Of a stretch of 64,000 nucleotides of DNA, positions 21,165-31,965 are shown piece after piece; within the stretch, counting starts at the first letter, position 1, and the number at the start of each line of letters is the position of its first letter. The stretch covers positions 288,001-352,000 of the forward strand of contig JAVJNR010000005.1 of the NCBI GenBank assembly GCA_040217195.1, read 5' to 3'. The DNA comes from Leptospiraceae bacterium. Lineage in GTDB: Bacteria; Spirochaetota; Leptospiria; Leptospirales; Leptonemataceae. A model generated the notes under the pieces. The model made no database searches, was not told the DNA's origin, and saw nothing but the letters and a program-made list of their open reading frames with translations. The position numbers and the translations under genes were made by a program.

Positions 21165-22532
21165 TCAATCCCAGAAGCGATTCTTGTGAGTTTGCGGCAA
21201 GTAGATCAGTCCAATTACAAAGCATATCGCTGCAACCGACACAGGATAGACCAGGCCTGCATAAATGTTACCTGTGGCGGCCACCAGAGCGGTAGCCGTA
21301 AAAGGGACCAGGCCTCCAAAGACTCCGTTTCCAATATGATAGGGCAAAGACATGGAAGTGTAGCGTATCCTGGTGGGGAAAAGCTCAACTAGAAACGCTG
21401 CGATGGGGCCATAAACCATGGTTACGTATAGGACCTGCACCAGAACAATACCAACCAGTAGAGCTCCTTGAATCAAAGAAACGCCATCACCCATGGTGGG
21501 ATTTTTTACCTGATACATGGCCATGTAGAGAGGAAAATATGTCAAAGCTCCCAGGAGACAGCCAGTCAGTATTATGGGCTTACGACCAATACGATCGGAC
21601 AATCGACCAAATACAATGAAAAATGGAGTACCCAGAATTAGGGCGATCGCGATAATAACATTTGAATCCACAAGGCTGACACCGAGCTGAGTCTGTAGAA
21701 AATAAAGTGCATAGAACTGACCGGTATACCAGACCACTCCCTGCCCCGCTGTTGCACCGAACAGTGCCAGAAGCACTAGCTTTAGATTGGCCGGATTAGT
21801 GAAGCTTTCACGAATTGGATTGGTGGAAGTCTTTCCTTCGGACCTGGCTTTCGCAAACAAGGGAGATTCGTTCATCCTTACGCGTATATAATAGGAAATC
21901 AGAAACAAGACCATGGAAAGCAGAAATGGAATCCGCCAGCCCCACTGTCCAAAATCCTGCTCACCCAGACCAAAGCGAACTGCTAGAATTACACCCAGCG
22001 ACACGAAGAGACCCAGGGTTGCCGTAGTCTGAATAAAACTTGTATAGTAACCTCTCTTTCCGTCCGGAGAGTGCTCGGCAATGTAGGTAGCTGCTCCTCC
22101 ATATTCGCCGCCCAGGGCCAATCCCTGGAGCAGTCGAAGGGCCACAAGTAATATAGGAGCAAAGATCCCGATGGTCTGATAGGATGGTAAAAGGCCGATG
22201 AAGAAGGTGGCTCCACCCATAATGGCAAGAGTGAGCATGAAAGTGTATTTTCGCCCCACCAGGTCCCCAATGCGCCCGAAAAACAGGGCTCCAAATGGGC
22301 GGACTATGAATCCGGTGGCAAAAATTGCCAGCGTAGAAAGCAGCGCAGCCATATCGTTTCCGGCGGGAAAGAAATGCTTTGAAATGATTGTGGCCAGACT
22401 TCCAAAAATGTAAAAATCGTACCATTCGATCAATGTGCCTGCAGACGATGCAGCAACCACTCGTGTAAGACTGAACTTCTGAGAGGCCTGGGAATAGTTA
22501 GATTGAGAGGATTCGGCTGACCCTGAATTCAT
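21165..22532 (-). CDS. MFS transporter, metabolite:H+ symporter (MHS) family
   Basis: GTLIEWYDFYIF, GRIGDLVGRK, LQGLALGGEYGGA, ELFPTRIRY. Confidence 0.92.
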   Translation of the reverse strand: MNSGSAESSQSNYSQASQKFSLTRVVAASSAGTLIEWYDFYIFGSLATIISKHFFPAGNDMAALLSTLAIFATGFIVRPFGALFFGRIGDLVGRKYTFMLTLAIMGGATFFIGLLPSYQTIGIFAPILLVALRLLQGLALGGEYGGAATYIAEHSPDGKRGYYTSFIQTTATLGLFVSLGVILAVRFGLGEQDFGQWGWRIPFLLSMVLFLISYYIRVRMNESPLFAKARSEGKTSTNPIRESFTNPANLKLVLLALFGATAGQGVVWYTGQFYALYFLQTQLGVSLVDSNVIIAIALILGTPFFIVFGRLSDRIGRKPIILTGCLLGALTYFPLYMAMYQVKNPTMGDGVSLIQGALLVGIVLVQVLYVTMVYGPIAAFLVELFPTRIRYTSMSLPYHIGNGVFGGLVPFTATALVAATGNIYAGLVYPVSVAAICFVIGLIYLPQTHKNRFWD

Positions 22533-22728
22533 GCAGCCGACAATATTATCTAGATTACCGGAGCACAAGCTTTTCTCCGGATCGGCCCCCGGGCTTTTTT
22601 TTGCTGAGGTTTCCTCCAGTTTAATTCCAATAGTATAAACGCCTATGATGTCGGTAGCCAGAAACCTGCTTCGCAGGTAAAGGCGCAACGGGAGCCTGGA
22701 CCGGTTGTTATCTAGAACGAGGGGCTCA

Positions 22729-23022
22729 ATGACCAGACTTATTGCCATCTTGATCGCCGCTTCCCTGTCTGGATGTGTCTTTCATCCGCTGTATACCATT
22801 AACTCCGATGGCACTCTATCGAACAACTCCCCGTCTTCCGTTACCACAGGCGGATCTAGTCCTATCGATATGACCTTCGAACCCAAAGGTCGCTATATCT
22901 ACGCAGGCAACTCGGCCACGGATGCAATTAATATGTACAGCATTGGCAATGAAGGTTTGCTAGCATCCAATGGCTTGCAGAGCACAGGTAATAGCCCAAG
23001 AGGCATGGCCTTTGTCACGTAA
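22729..23022 (+). CDS. Short lipoprotein with about two lactonase-like beta-propeller blades (possibly a deletion remnant)
   Basis: Lipobox LSGC; YTINSDGTL, PIDMTFEPKGRYIYAGN, YSIGNEGLL, PRGMAF. Confidence 0.5.
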   Translation: MTRLIAILIAASLSGCVFHPLYTINSDGTLSNNSPSSVTTGGSSPIDMTFEPKGRYIYAGNSATDAINMYSIGNEGLLASNGLQSTGNSPRGMAFVT

Positions 23023-23300
23023 TGAGTTCTAATTTCCATCGACTGAAATAGTGGGACCATGATCCGTCTCGCAGGACTGGAGAGTTCCCTCCGAAAAATA
23101 CTTTTTCCTATGAGAGTTCGCAGGTAAGAAATGACCGGGCCTATGTTATTTCCAGAAATCGTTTACCTCATCTAACTTGAATCGAATTTGAATCCGCCCG
23201 GAGGGCATGCGTTGAGATTTCCTGCGAAGCCAGACCAAGTATTCGTTTTTCTATGTGCATCTTTCGATTTTCTGCTTTGTTGAATCCAGGGAGCATCATA

Positions 23301-23948
23301 TTGGAACCGCAGTACTGGCATGAAAAGTGGGAGAGCAGACAGATTGGTTTTCACAGAGATCAGCCTCATCCCTTTCTACAAAAACACATAGATACGATTT
23401 CTCTTGGTCCCGGTAAAAGGATACTCATACCCCTGTGCGGCAAAACAGTGGATATCCCCTATTTGCTATCCCGCGGCTTTGAAGTTCTCGGGGTCGAACT
23501 GGTGGAAACGGCAGTGCAAGAGCTATTCTCCGAGATGACTGTGCAGCCGGAGATTGAAAGCTTAATGAATGGAAAGCTGAAAAGTTACAGTGCAGAGGGA
23601 ATCCAGGTATTCGCAGGCGATTTATTCGATATAAGCCCGGAGCTTCTGGATTCGGTGGATGCAATCTATGATCGAGCTGCGATAGTAGCACTGCCAGAGG
23701 GAATGAGAGAAAGATACTCAGAGCGCCTCTTACGACTCTGTCCGGAGGCTCCCCAGCTTATAATCACTTTTGAGTATGATCAATCCAGAATGGATGGCCC
23801 TCCCTTTTCAGTCACAGAAAGAAATATTCGGGAATACTATGGAAAGACGCATCAACTCACGTTACTTGAAAAGATCCAACTCCAAGATGGTCTAAAGCAT
23901 CTGGAATCGGTCAGGGAATGTGCCTGGATGCTGGAACCAATCCATTAG
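23301..23948 (+). CDS. Thiopurine S-methyltransferase
   Basis: WHEKWESRQIGFH, LIPLCGKTVD, GVEL, YDRAAIVAL, GPPFSV; TTG start after GGGAG. Confidence 0.9.
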   Translation: MEPQYWHEKWESRQIGFHRDQPHPFLQKHIDTISLGPGKRILIPLCGKTVDIPYLLSRGFEVLGVELVETAVQELFSEMTVQPEIESLMNGKLKSYSAEGIQVFAGDLFDISPELLDSVDAIYDRAAIVALPEGMRERYSERLLRLCPEAPQLIITFEYDQSRMDGPPFSVTERNIREYYGKTHQLTLLEKIQLQDGLKHLESVRECAWMLEPIH

Positions 23949-23990
23949 GCCTGGATGCGGAAATTCGCCGAGGAAACAGTAGATCTGATT

Positions 23991-24240
23991 CCTGCCCGCG
24001 CCAGCCTGAACCACGCTCCTGGACGGAGGTTCGCATAATCAACACTCCAGCGCGCAAACCCGAACCTGGCCTCCTGCAAGGGTTCGCATAAACAACGCTC
24101 CGGCGCGCAAACCCGAACCTGGCCTCCTGCAAAGGTTCGCATAAACAACACTGCGGCGGGCAAACCTGAACTCGCGCGCCTGGACGGAGGTTCGCATAAA
24201 CAACGCTCCGCCGCGCAAACCCGAACCTGCGTTCCTGGTG
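23991..24240. repeat. 53-55-bp palindromic tandem repeat, about 4.5 copies
   Basis: GGTTCGCATAA starts at 24028, 24081, 24134 and 24189; each unit contains CGAACC/GGTTCG inverted arms. Confidence 0.9.
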
Positions 24241-24386
24241 AAAAGGGGTTTTCTCCCATCACCTCATTGTCTGAACCGACAGGACCTTCCTTCGAACATG
24301 ATTAGTCGTAACCCCGCCGGTATTTCATCTCTGTAAATCTCCGGTGATATGCTTGCTCTGGGAAAAAGGGAGACCCGAAATGCCAA

Positions 24387-25295
24387 ATGGAATCCGAGAC
24401 AAAGGCTTATACAATCGACGAAGTTACTGACCGCTACAGCGACGACCTGATGGTAGCCTTACGTCCTGAGGATCAGCCTACAACGTACGAAGATTACGAT
24501 GATTTCCAGGTGTTTATCTTTCGCCGTCTGCGAATGGAAGACGAAGCGCTGGGCACTACCTGCGAGGCTTTTTTGCTCAGACAGAATGAGGTTTGCTTCT
24601 ATGATCGTGACTCCCGGCTGTTCCGGCAGCTCCCCGGCGCCTACGAAGCCCTGGCAGATTCCATCGAAGCCTACCATACCCAGAATCAGCGCATTCTCAC
24701 AGCCTATTCTGCAGAGATAGAAAGACTCGAGGAGGCGTTGTTCACTCGTAAGATTCCTGCGTATTTTATGGACTTATGGTTCGACATTAAGAAGGACGTT
24801 GCGAGAATTGAAAATTACTACTACCGAAACTCTCTGGTCTTCAAGGAATTTGCGCGCAGGCAGCGTTCGCGATTCGGTGAATACGCAGATTGGTTTAAAG
24901 ATCTGGAAGACGACATTGTTTTTCAACAGGGCAGCCTGGCCAACCTGAAATCCAAGCTGGACAGTCTACATCACTATCATGATTCCATTAAAAGTGAGCG
25001 GCTCAACCGGACCATGTTCACTCTAACACTTATGTCCGGGGTATTCCTGCCTCTCAACCTGATCGTCGGTTTTTTTGGAATGAACACCCGGGGCCTATTC
25101 TTCTCGGACGATCCGGCAGGAACGCATCTGGTTACGATTCTTCTAGCTTCCACCCTCTTTATCAGTCTTTTCGGTTTGCCCATTATCAAACTCATCGATC
25201 GATGGGTCCTGCGCCTGTTACTCGGGCGGTACAATGTGTATAAGAGTATCATGAAGCGAGTGAAAAAAGTGGATTCTCGTTTTCGGGACGAATGA
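24387..25295 (+). CDS. CorA family divalent cation transporter
   Basis: FLPLNLIVGFFGMN (GMN motif) and two C-terminal TM helices. Confidence 0.88.
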   Translation: MESETKAYTIDEVTDRYSDDLMVALRPEDQPTTYEDYDDFQVFIFRRLRMEDEALGTTCEAFLLRQNEVCFYDRDSRLFRQLPGAYEALADSIEAYHTQNQRILTAYSAEIERLEEALFTRKIPAYFMDLWFDIKKDVARIENYYYRNSLVFKEFARRQRSRFGEYADWFKDLEDDIVFQQGSLANLKSKLDSLHHYHDSIKSERLNRTMFTLTLMSGVFLPLNLIVGFFGMNTRGLFFSDDPAGTHLVTILLASTLFISLFGLPIIKLIDRWVLRLLLGRYNVYKSIMKRVKKVDSRFRDE

Positions 25296-25535
25296 GTAAT
25301 GCCGGCCTCACTTCTGGCATGATTGGCCGCGCCTCTGACATGGGCAGCCCTATTGCTACCTGGCTTTTGTAAATAAAACAGTCAGAAAAGAGAACCGTCG
25401 TTTTTTTTGAAATAGGCTGGTGGGTGATCCATCATTGAAACACCAGTAAGCACCAAATCCTCTGGTCCTGACCCGACAATAAGTCCGAACACAATTCCGT
25501 ATCTACCCCTCCCTTTGTCTGGCGCGGAAAAACGC

Positions 25536-26984
25536 TCAGAGGCCCAATCGTCGGGCGGCGCTCAGCCCTGCGTAATAACCGCACATACCGTGCACACCAC
25601 CGCCCGGTGGCGTTGCCGAAGAACATAGAAAAATACCTGGATTGGGCGTGGTGTAAGGATTCCAGCGAGCCACCGGTCGCAGGAAGGCCTGCGGTAGATC
25701 AGCTATGCCGCCAGTGATCGCACCGCCGATGTAATTTGCGTTGTGGGCTTCCAGGTCGGACGGAAACATCTTATGACGTGCCAGAATGCGCTGGCGAAAT
25801 CCAGGCGCGAACCGTTCAATCTGCCTTTCTATCGCATCGCTCATGTCCACCGGGGAGCCGGCTGGCACATGGCAGTATGCGTAGCCAGTGTGTTTGCCGG
25901 GTGGTGCCCGGTTCGGATCCAGCTCGCTTTGTTGAACGACCATCACAAAAGGGCGTTCGGGATGTTTGCCCGCCCACATTTCCGCTTCGGCTGCAGAAAT
26001 TTCGTCCAGGGTGCCGCCTACATGCACGGTGGAGGCGCGGTTGGTCTCCGGATCTCGCCAGGGAATCGGGCCATCCAGGGCAAGATCCAACTTGAATGTG
26101 CCCGGTCCATAACGATAGCGTGACAGACGTTTCTTGTAATACGAGGGCAACTGTGCGCCGGCGATCTGCACCAATTGGGCCGGACTGGTATCGAATAGAA
26201 TCGTGCGGGCTGGCGGTATATCTGCCAGATCAGAGACAGGAAAATTCAATCGAATCTCCCCGCCCAGGCTTTCGATGTAGGCGATCAGTGCATCGGCAAT
26301 GGACTGTGAGCCGCCGCGGGCCACCGGCCAGTTGGCCATGTGCCCTGTAATCAAAAACATTAGTCCCAGCGCGCTTGTGAGGCGAAACGATAACGGCAGG
26401 ATAGAATGGGCTGCGCATCCGGCGAGCAGTGCCCGGGCGCGTTCACCTCGAAAACGAGCGTTTCCCAGGCCGCTTGCCGATCGAATCGCCAATAAACCAA
26501 AACGGGCCATGAGGAAGGGGTGTTTCGGAATCCGGGTCAATGGCCCCAGAGCATCGGCCAGCAGGCCCGCCGGCTCTCCCAGGAATGGATCCAACAGCCT
26601 GGTATAGGCGCGCGCATCAATGCCCAGTCCAGCCGCCGTTTTCTCCATAGATTTCTGAAGCAAAACGGAAGGTTCACCGTCCAGCGGATGCGCGGCAGAG
26701 TATGCCCCGGTGCACCACTGAAGTCCAAAATCCTGCAGAGGCAATGTTGCAAGAAAGGGCGAAAGCATACCCATGGGATGCGCCGCCGAGCAAACATCGT
26801 GCGCGAAGCCGGGAAGCGTCAATTCCTGTGTGCGCATACCGCCACCGGCGGTTCCACGAGCTTCCAGAACCAGCACCCGTGCTCCTTTTCCAGCCAGCAA
26901 TGCCGCGGCCGCCAGCCCATTGGGACCGGAGCCCACAATGCATGCATCATAAGTGACGGATTTGCTGGATCCAGAAGGGATCAT
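25536..26984 (-). CDS. Phytoene-dehydrogenase-like NAD(P)/FAD oxidoreductase
   Basis: IVGSGPNGLAAA, GFAHDVCSAAHP, LCSSATPPGGGVHGMCG. Confidence 0.88.
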   Translation of the reverse strand: MIPSGSSKSVTYDACIVGSGPNGLAAAALLAGKGARVLVLEARGTAGGGMRTQELTLPGFAHDVCSAAHPMGMLSPFLATLPLQDFGLQWCTGAYSAAHPLDGEPSVLLQKSMEKTAAGLGIDARAYTRLLDPFLGEPAGLLADALGPLTRIPKHPFLMARFGLLAIRSASGLGNARFRGERARALLAGCAAHSILPLSFRLTSALGLMFLITGHMANWPVARGGSQSIADALIAYIESLGGEIRLNFPVSDLADIPPARTILFDTSPAQLVQIAGAQLPSYYKKRLSRYRYGPGTFKLDLALDGPIPWRDPETNRASTVHVGGTLDEISAAEAEMWAGKHPERPFVMVVQQSELDPNRAPPGKHTGYAYCHVPAGSPVDMSDAIERQIERFAPGFRQRILARHKMFPSDLEAHNANYIGGAITGGIADLPQAFLRPVARWNPYTTPNPGIFLCSSATPPGGGVHGMCGYYAGLSAARRLGL

Positions 26985-28639
26985 GCAGCAGGCCAGGGTT
27001 GCAGTTTGCGCAGATCATTGATTTTGACCTGTCCGCCTTTCATAAGACCCTGATTTGCATCGTAGACATTGTAGTCAAGAGTCGTCCGTCCGATGGGCTG
27101 CGCTTCCAGGCATATGCAGCGCAATTCCCCTGGCTCGAAACCGCACTGTTCCTGCACGGAGCGCAATAGTTGCGCACCATGCAGATGTCCTTCGCCAAAA
27201 TTGTAGCCCAGCACCATGCCCGCCATCAATTCCCCATCCATCCAGGTATATTCCGGATAATCTTGCATGCGAATCGCCTCCGGCAGAATCTTTTGATAGG
27301 CTCGTCCGTGCATGTGCATGAGCCGGAAGGCCTGAACCTTACCTGAAATTGCTGCAGCCACAGTTTCGTTATACAGGAGAGTCAATTGATTGGGTACCCA
27401 GGGTGAGACCTTGCGTAATCGCTCCAGTTTCTTATAGCTTTCGCCGCGAAACAACCAGACGCTATTGGCCCAGTTTCCTGCGTAGTAGCGCATGGCGAGC
27501 AGAAAGGAAATCTTGTGCGGCCATCGGTTACCGGCGAAGGGTACAATGATCGAAGTCAGGATCAAGAAGATGCCCATGGGCCAGCTCACATCAAATGGAC
27601 TTACGCTGGTGCCGTTCGCATAAAACAGGAAGAAGGCGCCGTATACCACCAGAACATTCCATTCCAGAGGCACGCCCATGGGTACGTTGCTGGTAATGTA
27701 AGAATGCAAGAGCACCATCAAAATCAGACCAACTGTTAAGATCGTTGGCGAAGCCAGAACGGCGCCGGCAAATAGCACCGCCGGTACACTGAGTTCGAGA
27801 GCTGTGCCCATCCAGGATTTTACGACTGCCGTCTGCGAAGGCCGCAGATCATCCGGATAGTTGCGGTACATGCTTTTGCGAAACCACTTGAACGGAATAA
27901 ACGGTCCATTGCTGGCCATTACGCAGACCACCGTGGCAAAATGATGGTTGAGCTTTGAGAATCCTGCGAAAAACCACAGAGCCAGTTGTACAATCATCGC
28001 GCCGGCAATCCAGTTGGGTTCCAGAGCAAAGACCACTACAGTGACCCAGTAATGCTCTCCCCGGGCGGCCAGAAAGATCGTTTTGTCCAGGACTCCGGCA
28101 AAAACAGTGAGAATTACAATGGGCAGAAATTGCTCGAAACCGGGGGCAGGATGCACCAGCGCTACAAAAAGCGATGCAACCATTGCCGCATACACCAGTA
28201 CATCGAGAATCGAACGAGTCCCACCACCAATAATCGGCGCGCCTTCGAAGAGGGGTAGTTTCGTCGCTTTTGGCAAAAGGAAATACAGGAAACCGCCAAA
28301 CGGTGGCAGGTACCTGGCCGTCAGCGGCCCACTGCCGCAACCAAATCCGAGCACTTCGAATAACATGCTCCAGAGAATCGCTTTCTGAAACGCCACCGGC
28401 GTAAACATCCAGGTACCAATGGAGGACAGTTCGCCCATTCCTGCACTGAATGAACAGAAGCCTATCCAGCCCCATACATACAGGCCAATCTTCAGCAGAT
28501 AAAACAAATACGCTGTAAGAGGCGAACCGTAGCCTTCGAGGGCCCAGGCCTTGCAGACCAGGCGTGCCTGCTCCGCAAACGGTAACTTTCGCGCTTCCAG
28601 GGGATCGTATTCGGGAATCAACGGGGAAAACAGATTCAT
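26981..28639 (-). CDS. DUF3556 family membrane protein
   Basis: FQKAILWSMLFEVLGFGCGSGPLT, DKTIFLAARGEHY, PMGVPLEWN, MRYYAGNW; ATGA overlap with the oxidoreductase gene. Confidence 0.8.
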   Translation of the reverse strand: MNLFSPLIPEYDPLEARKLPFAEQARLVCKAWALEGYGSPLTAYLFYLLKIGLYVWGWIGFCSFSAGMGELSSIGTWMFTPVAFQKAILWSMLFEVLGFGCGSGPLTARYLPPFGGFLYFLLPKATKLPLFEGAPIIGGGTRSILDVLVYAAMVASLFVALVHPAPGFEQFLPIVILTVFAGVLDKTIFLAARGEHYWVTVVVFALEPNWIAGAMIVQLALWFFAGFSKLNHHFATVVCVMASNGPFIPFKWFRKSMYRNYPDDLRPSQTAVVKSWMGTALELSVPAVLFAGAVLASPTILTVGLILMVLLHSYITSNVPMGVPLEWNVLVVYGAFFLFYANGTSVSPFDVSWPMGIFLILTSIIVPFAGNRWPHKISFLLAMRYYAGNWANSVWLFRGESYKKLERLRKVSPWVPNQLTLLYNETVAAAISGKVQAFRLMHMHGRAYQKILPEAIRMQDYPEYTWMDGELMAGMVLGYNFGEGHLHGAQLLRSVQEQCGFEPGELRCICLEAQPIGRTTLDYNVYDANQGLMKGGQVKINDLRKLQPWPAA

Positions 28640-28948
28640 TGTCGTGGCCGGCCTTTATAACATTTTGTATATCTGCGATAATTGCAATATTAATGGAGGA
28701 ATTCGCGTCCTCAGTTCAATGCTGCTTGCGCGTTCATGATTTGCAGACCCTGGACAGAAGCCGTCAAACAAAAAGGAGGCTCTGCGCTTAAAAACAAGAC
28801 CGATTCCGAGGAGGCGAAGCCCCCACAGGAGGAGGAGTGATGCCATTTGAGAGACGTATCACTATACATATGCAGGGGGCAGCGATGTCTTCTGGCATCA
28901 AACGAGGCTAACTTGACTGATGGCCTGCTGGAACAAAAAGGTAATTCC

Positions 28949-29419
28949 ATGACTCGCATATTCATTCATGGCCTGGAAGGAAGTAGCAAAGGATACAAAG
29001 CTACCCTGCTTACGCGACTCTTTCCAGATCTAATTTGCCCGCAGTTTACCGGCTCTCCAGAGCAACGAATGGAGCAACTGGATGAAATCCTCACAGGCAA
29101 ACAGGACATCAGCATTGTCGGTTCTTCCCTGGGCGGGTTGATGGCTACCCTGTACGCTTTCCAGAATCCGGATTCCATCAATCGCCTGCTATTGCTTGCG
29201 CCCGCTTTACCTGTGTATGATTGGTCGCCTTACTCGGGACAGCCCCTGAAGGCACCGGTGGTAATCTATCACGGCAAACACGACGACGTGGTTCCTCTGC
29301 CGGAAACGCAAGCACTGGCCCAGGAGTTATTCTCAAACCTGCAATTCAATTCTGTAGATGACGACCACCGGCTCAAGAAGACTGTTCGGGAACTTGATTT
29401 CAAAATGCTACTTGCATAA
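28949..29419 (+). CDS. Alpha/beta hydrolase (YqiA-like esterase)
   Basis: FIHGLEGS, GSSLGG nucleophile elbow, HGKHDDVVP, DDHRL. Confidence 0.85.
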   Translation: MTRIFIHGLEGSSKGYKATLLTRLFPDLICPQFTGSPEQRMEQLDEILTGKQDISIVGSSLGGLMATLYAFQNPDSINRLLLLAPALPVYDWSPYSGQPLKAPVVIYHGKHDDVVPLPETQALAQELFSNLQFNSVDDDHRLKKTVRELDFKMLLA

Positions 29420-29668
29420 GACTTCAATAGTCTACCAGGAAGCCCTCGGTAACGGCCTTGCAAGCACCTAATTGCAGCCAGTTTCCGGCACCCGGTGCCT
29501 GGCGCCCCGGTCCACTCGGCGGAGGGCCCATTAAAAGATTGGATTCAACAGGCCGGCTACCTACAGACAAAGAGCGATGAAAGGTTTGATATTTCAATTG
29601 CGCCGACAGCAATCACGTGACTCTGTTGTCCTGTAACTACGTTGAAGCATAAGACCGGGAGCAAATGA

Positions 29669-31441
29669 ATGATATCAAGTAACTACTTCTCAGATGACGA
29701 AGACCTGAAGCTCTTGTTCGAGCGTTTAGTTGATTGGCCAGAAATCGTTAAAGAGGTAGAAGGCGAAAACTTTGCGGATCACCAGCACTACCAGAAAACA
29801 GGCGACGAGCTTTATGGGCTGGCCCCTTCAAGTGTAGAGGATGCGGTGGAGTTTTACCGATCCAGCCTTGAAGCTCTGGGTGATTTCTGCGGCAAAGAGA
29901 TTGCACAGGCTTCCGCCAGCCTGGACCGGGCCGGTCTCAGTTATGAAGACGGAGTAGTTCGCTTCCCGGAGGAGGCTGTAAAATTATATGAGAAATTTCG
30001 CGACACCGGTCTATTACCATACGCCATTCCCAGAGAAGCTGGCGGCCTGAGAATGCCTGCCGTGATGTGGGCCTTTGTTAATTTTCTCTTCACTCGATCG
30101 GATGTGTCTTTTTCCATGCTCACCGGCCTTGCCAACCTGGCCCAGATTGTCACTCGATATGGAACGCAAGACCAGATAGAGCGCTTCGCAAAGCCCATGG
30201 CCACCGGCCATCATCTCTTTGCCATGGCATTAACCGAACCGGACTATGGCTCGGATCTCGGAAACTGCCGAACAGTAGCAACAAAGCAGCCGGACGGCTC
30301 TTACAAGCTCAATGGCACAAAACGATTTATTTCTCAGGGTTGTGGCATCGGTCCTTATCCCTCCATTATGATAACGCTGGCACGTACGGGCCAGTCTGGA
30401 GCGCGAGGACTATCGGCCTTTCTTGTGCGTAGCTCGGATGCAGAAGTAGGCGGTATAGAAAAGAAGATTGGCATCCATGCATCACCCACCTGTGAGATAG
30501 TTCTAGAGGATACGCCCGGCGAGCTCCTCGCAGAAGAGGGCCACGGCCTGACCAAATGCACAATTGGAATGACAAGTTTCATGCGCCTCATCAGCGCCTC
30601 AGGTGGGCCCGGCGCTGCATGCGCTGCCTATGCGGAAAGCAAGAAGTACGCAGGCGAGCGCATTCAATTCGGTAAGACTATCGATCAAATACCGGCAGTG
30701 GCCGACATGCTCGAAATGATACGTCGGGAGACAACTGCAATGCGCCTGATGTGTCTGGAAACCGGCGTTGCCATAGACAAATATCAGCACCGACAGATCC
30801 GTCTGGAAAAGCAGGGCCTAAAGGACCGGGAAATCCGAAAAGACGAAACGATTCAAAACTGGAGTCGTCTTGCTGCCTTCTTTACTTCTCTGGCCAAATA
30901 CTATTGCTCAGAAAAAGGGATGGAGTGTACTTCCGTAGCTCTACAGATACACGGAGGGGCCGGCTATACAAATGACTACGATGTATCTCGTATGTTTCGA
31001 GATGCGCGAGTGAACACGATCTACGAGGGTACAAGCCAGTTACATGTTGGCATTAGCGTTGCAATGGTGGTTGCTGGCATGGCCGGCGACGGGTACCTCC
31101 GTCGTTACTTCGATGGACTGCTCTCAGATATTCCGGAGCCCAGTTCCTTCCTGACAGAAATCCGTGAGATAATGGAGACTGCCATACCATTGTATCGCGC
31201 CCTTTCCGACGGAGTCAGGGAACGCTTCGCCGAGCAACTGGTGCTCACAGCGGCACGCTACATGTGTAGTCTTGTATTTGAACGCGCCGCGACCAGATTG
31301 GGGCAAGATACACCCGCCCACTGGTTCACAGACAAGGAGGCTTTTCACCTGGACAGCCTCGCAGTCGCACAGGCTGCGCTGGCAAGAATCAAAAATGCCC
31401 AGAGAGTTTACAATTCCCCGAGAGAGACTACAAGCGTTTAG
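29669..31441 (+). CDS. Acyl-CoA dehydrogenase family protein
   Basis: MALTEPDYGSD, LNGTKRFIS, EKKIGIHASPTC, ERIQFGK, LQIHGGAGY, IYEGT. Confidence 0.93.
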   Translation: MISSNYFSDDEDLKLLFERLVDWPEIVKEVEGENFADHQHYQKTGDELYGLAPSSVEDAVEFYRSSLEALGDFCGKEIAQASASLDRAGLSYEDGVVRFPEEAVKLYEKFRDTGLLPYAIPREAGGLRMPAVMWAFVNFLFTRSDVSFSMLTGLANLAQIVTRYGTQDQIERFAKPMATGHHLFAMALTEPDYGSDLGNCRTVATKQPDGSYKLNGTKRFISQGCGIGPYPSIMITLARTGQSGARGLSAFLVRSSDAEVGGIEKKIGIHASPTCEIVLEDTPGELLAEEGHGLTKCTIGMTSFMRLISASGGPGAACAAYAESKKYAGERIQFGKTIDQIPAVADMLEMIRRETTAMRLMCLETGVAIDKYQHRQIRLEKQGLKDREIRKDETIQNWSRLAAFFTSLAKYYCSEKGMECTSVALQIHGGAGYTNDYDVSRMFRDARVNTIYEGTSQLHVGISVAMVVAGMAGDGYLRRYFDGLLSDIPEPSSFLTEIREIMETAIPLYRALSDGVRERFAEQLVLTAARYMCSLVFERAATRLGQDTPAHWFTDKEAFHLDSLAVAQAALARIKNAQRVYNSPRETTSV

Positions 31442-31965
31442 TTGTGTAAAGTGCCGCACCATGAAACGAGTTTCGCACACGGGTTTGCAGGTCCGGGGCT
31501 GGCTGTCGGTCAAACGATTTCATTTACGGATCAGCTCGCTGGATGCACCCCGGCGGGCCTGGCCCGATTGAAAGTTAAAGATTCTCGCCAGAGTCAGAAC
31601 CTTATATTGTCCAACGCTTTGATCTAAAACGACCCAGCACATTTTCCAATCACGGCGAATTTGTTTCGGATCCCGGAGTATAGCTGGGTCATGCAGGCTT
31701 TGTAATCTACCTGTTTGTCGAATCATGGTCCTGGATTGTGGTGTCGGCTCATTTCATTAGCTACCTGATGGCATGATCCATCGCAATTCGTTACCGCTGC
31801 GCCGAATCGGTTTTCCGGTCACCACAGACTATCTCGAAGCAAATGGAACCGGCCCTACCGAAGATCCGGGGTAGGATCGCTATCCGTTTCTCCGTAAAGC
31901 GCATGCAGAGTGGGCTTCTCCTACACTACCTCTGCAGGGCGCAGATGATAGTGCATCCGACTTCA

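Noticed and set aside
23945..24262. ORFs over the 53-bp repeat (and 37154-37527 over the 41-bp repeat)
   Set aside because: The periods are not multiples of 3 and the same peptide recurs in several frames, so these are translation artefacts of the repeats
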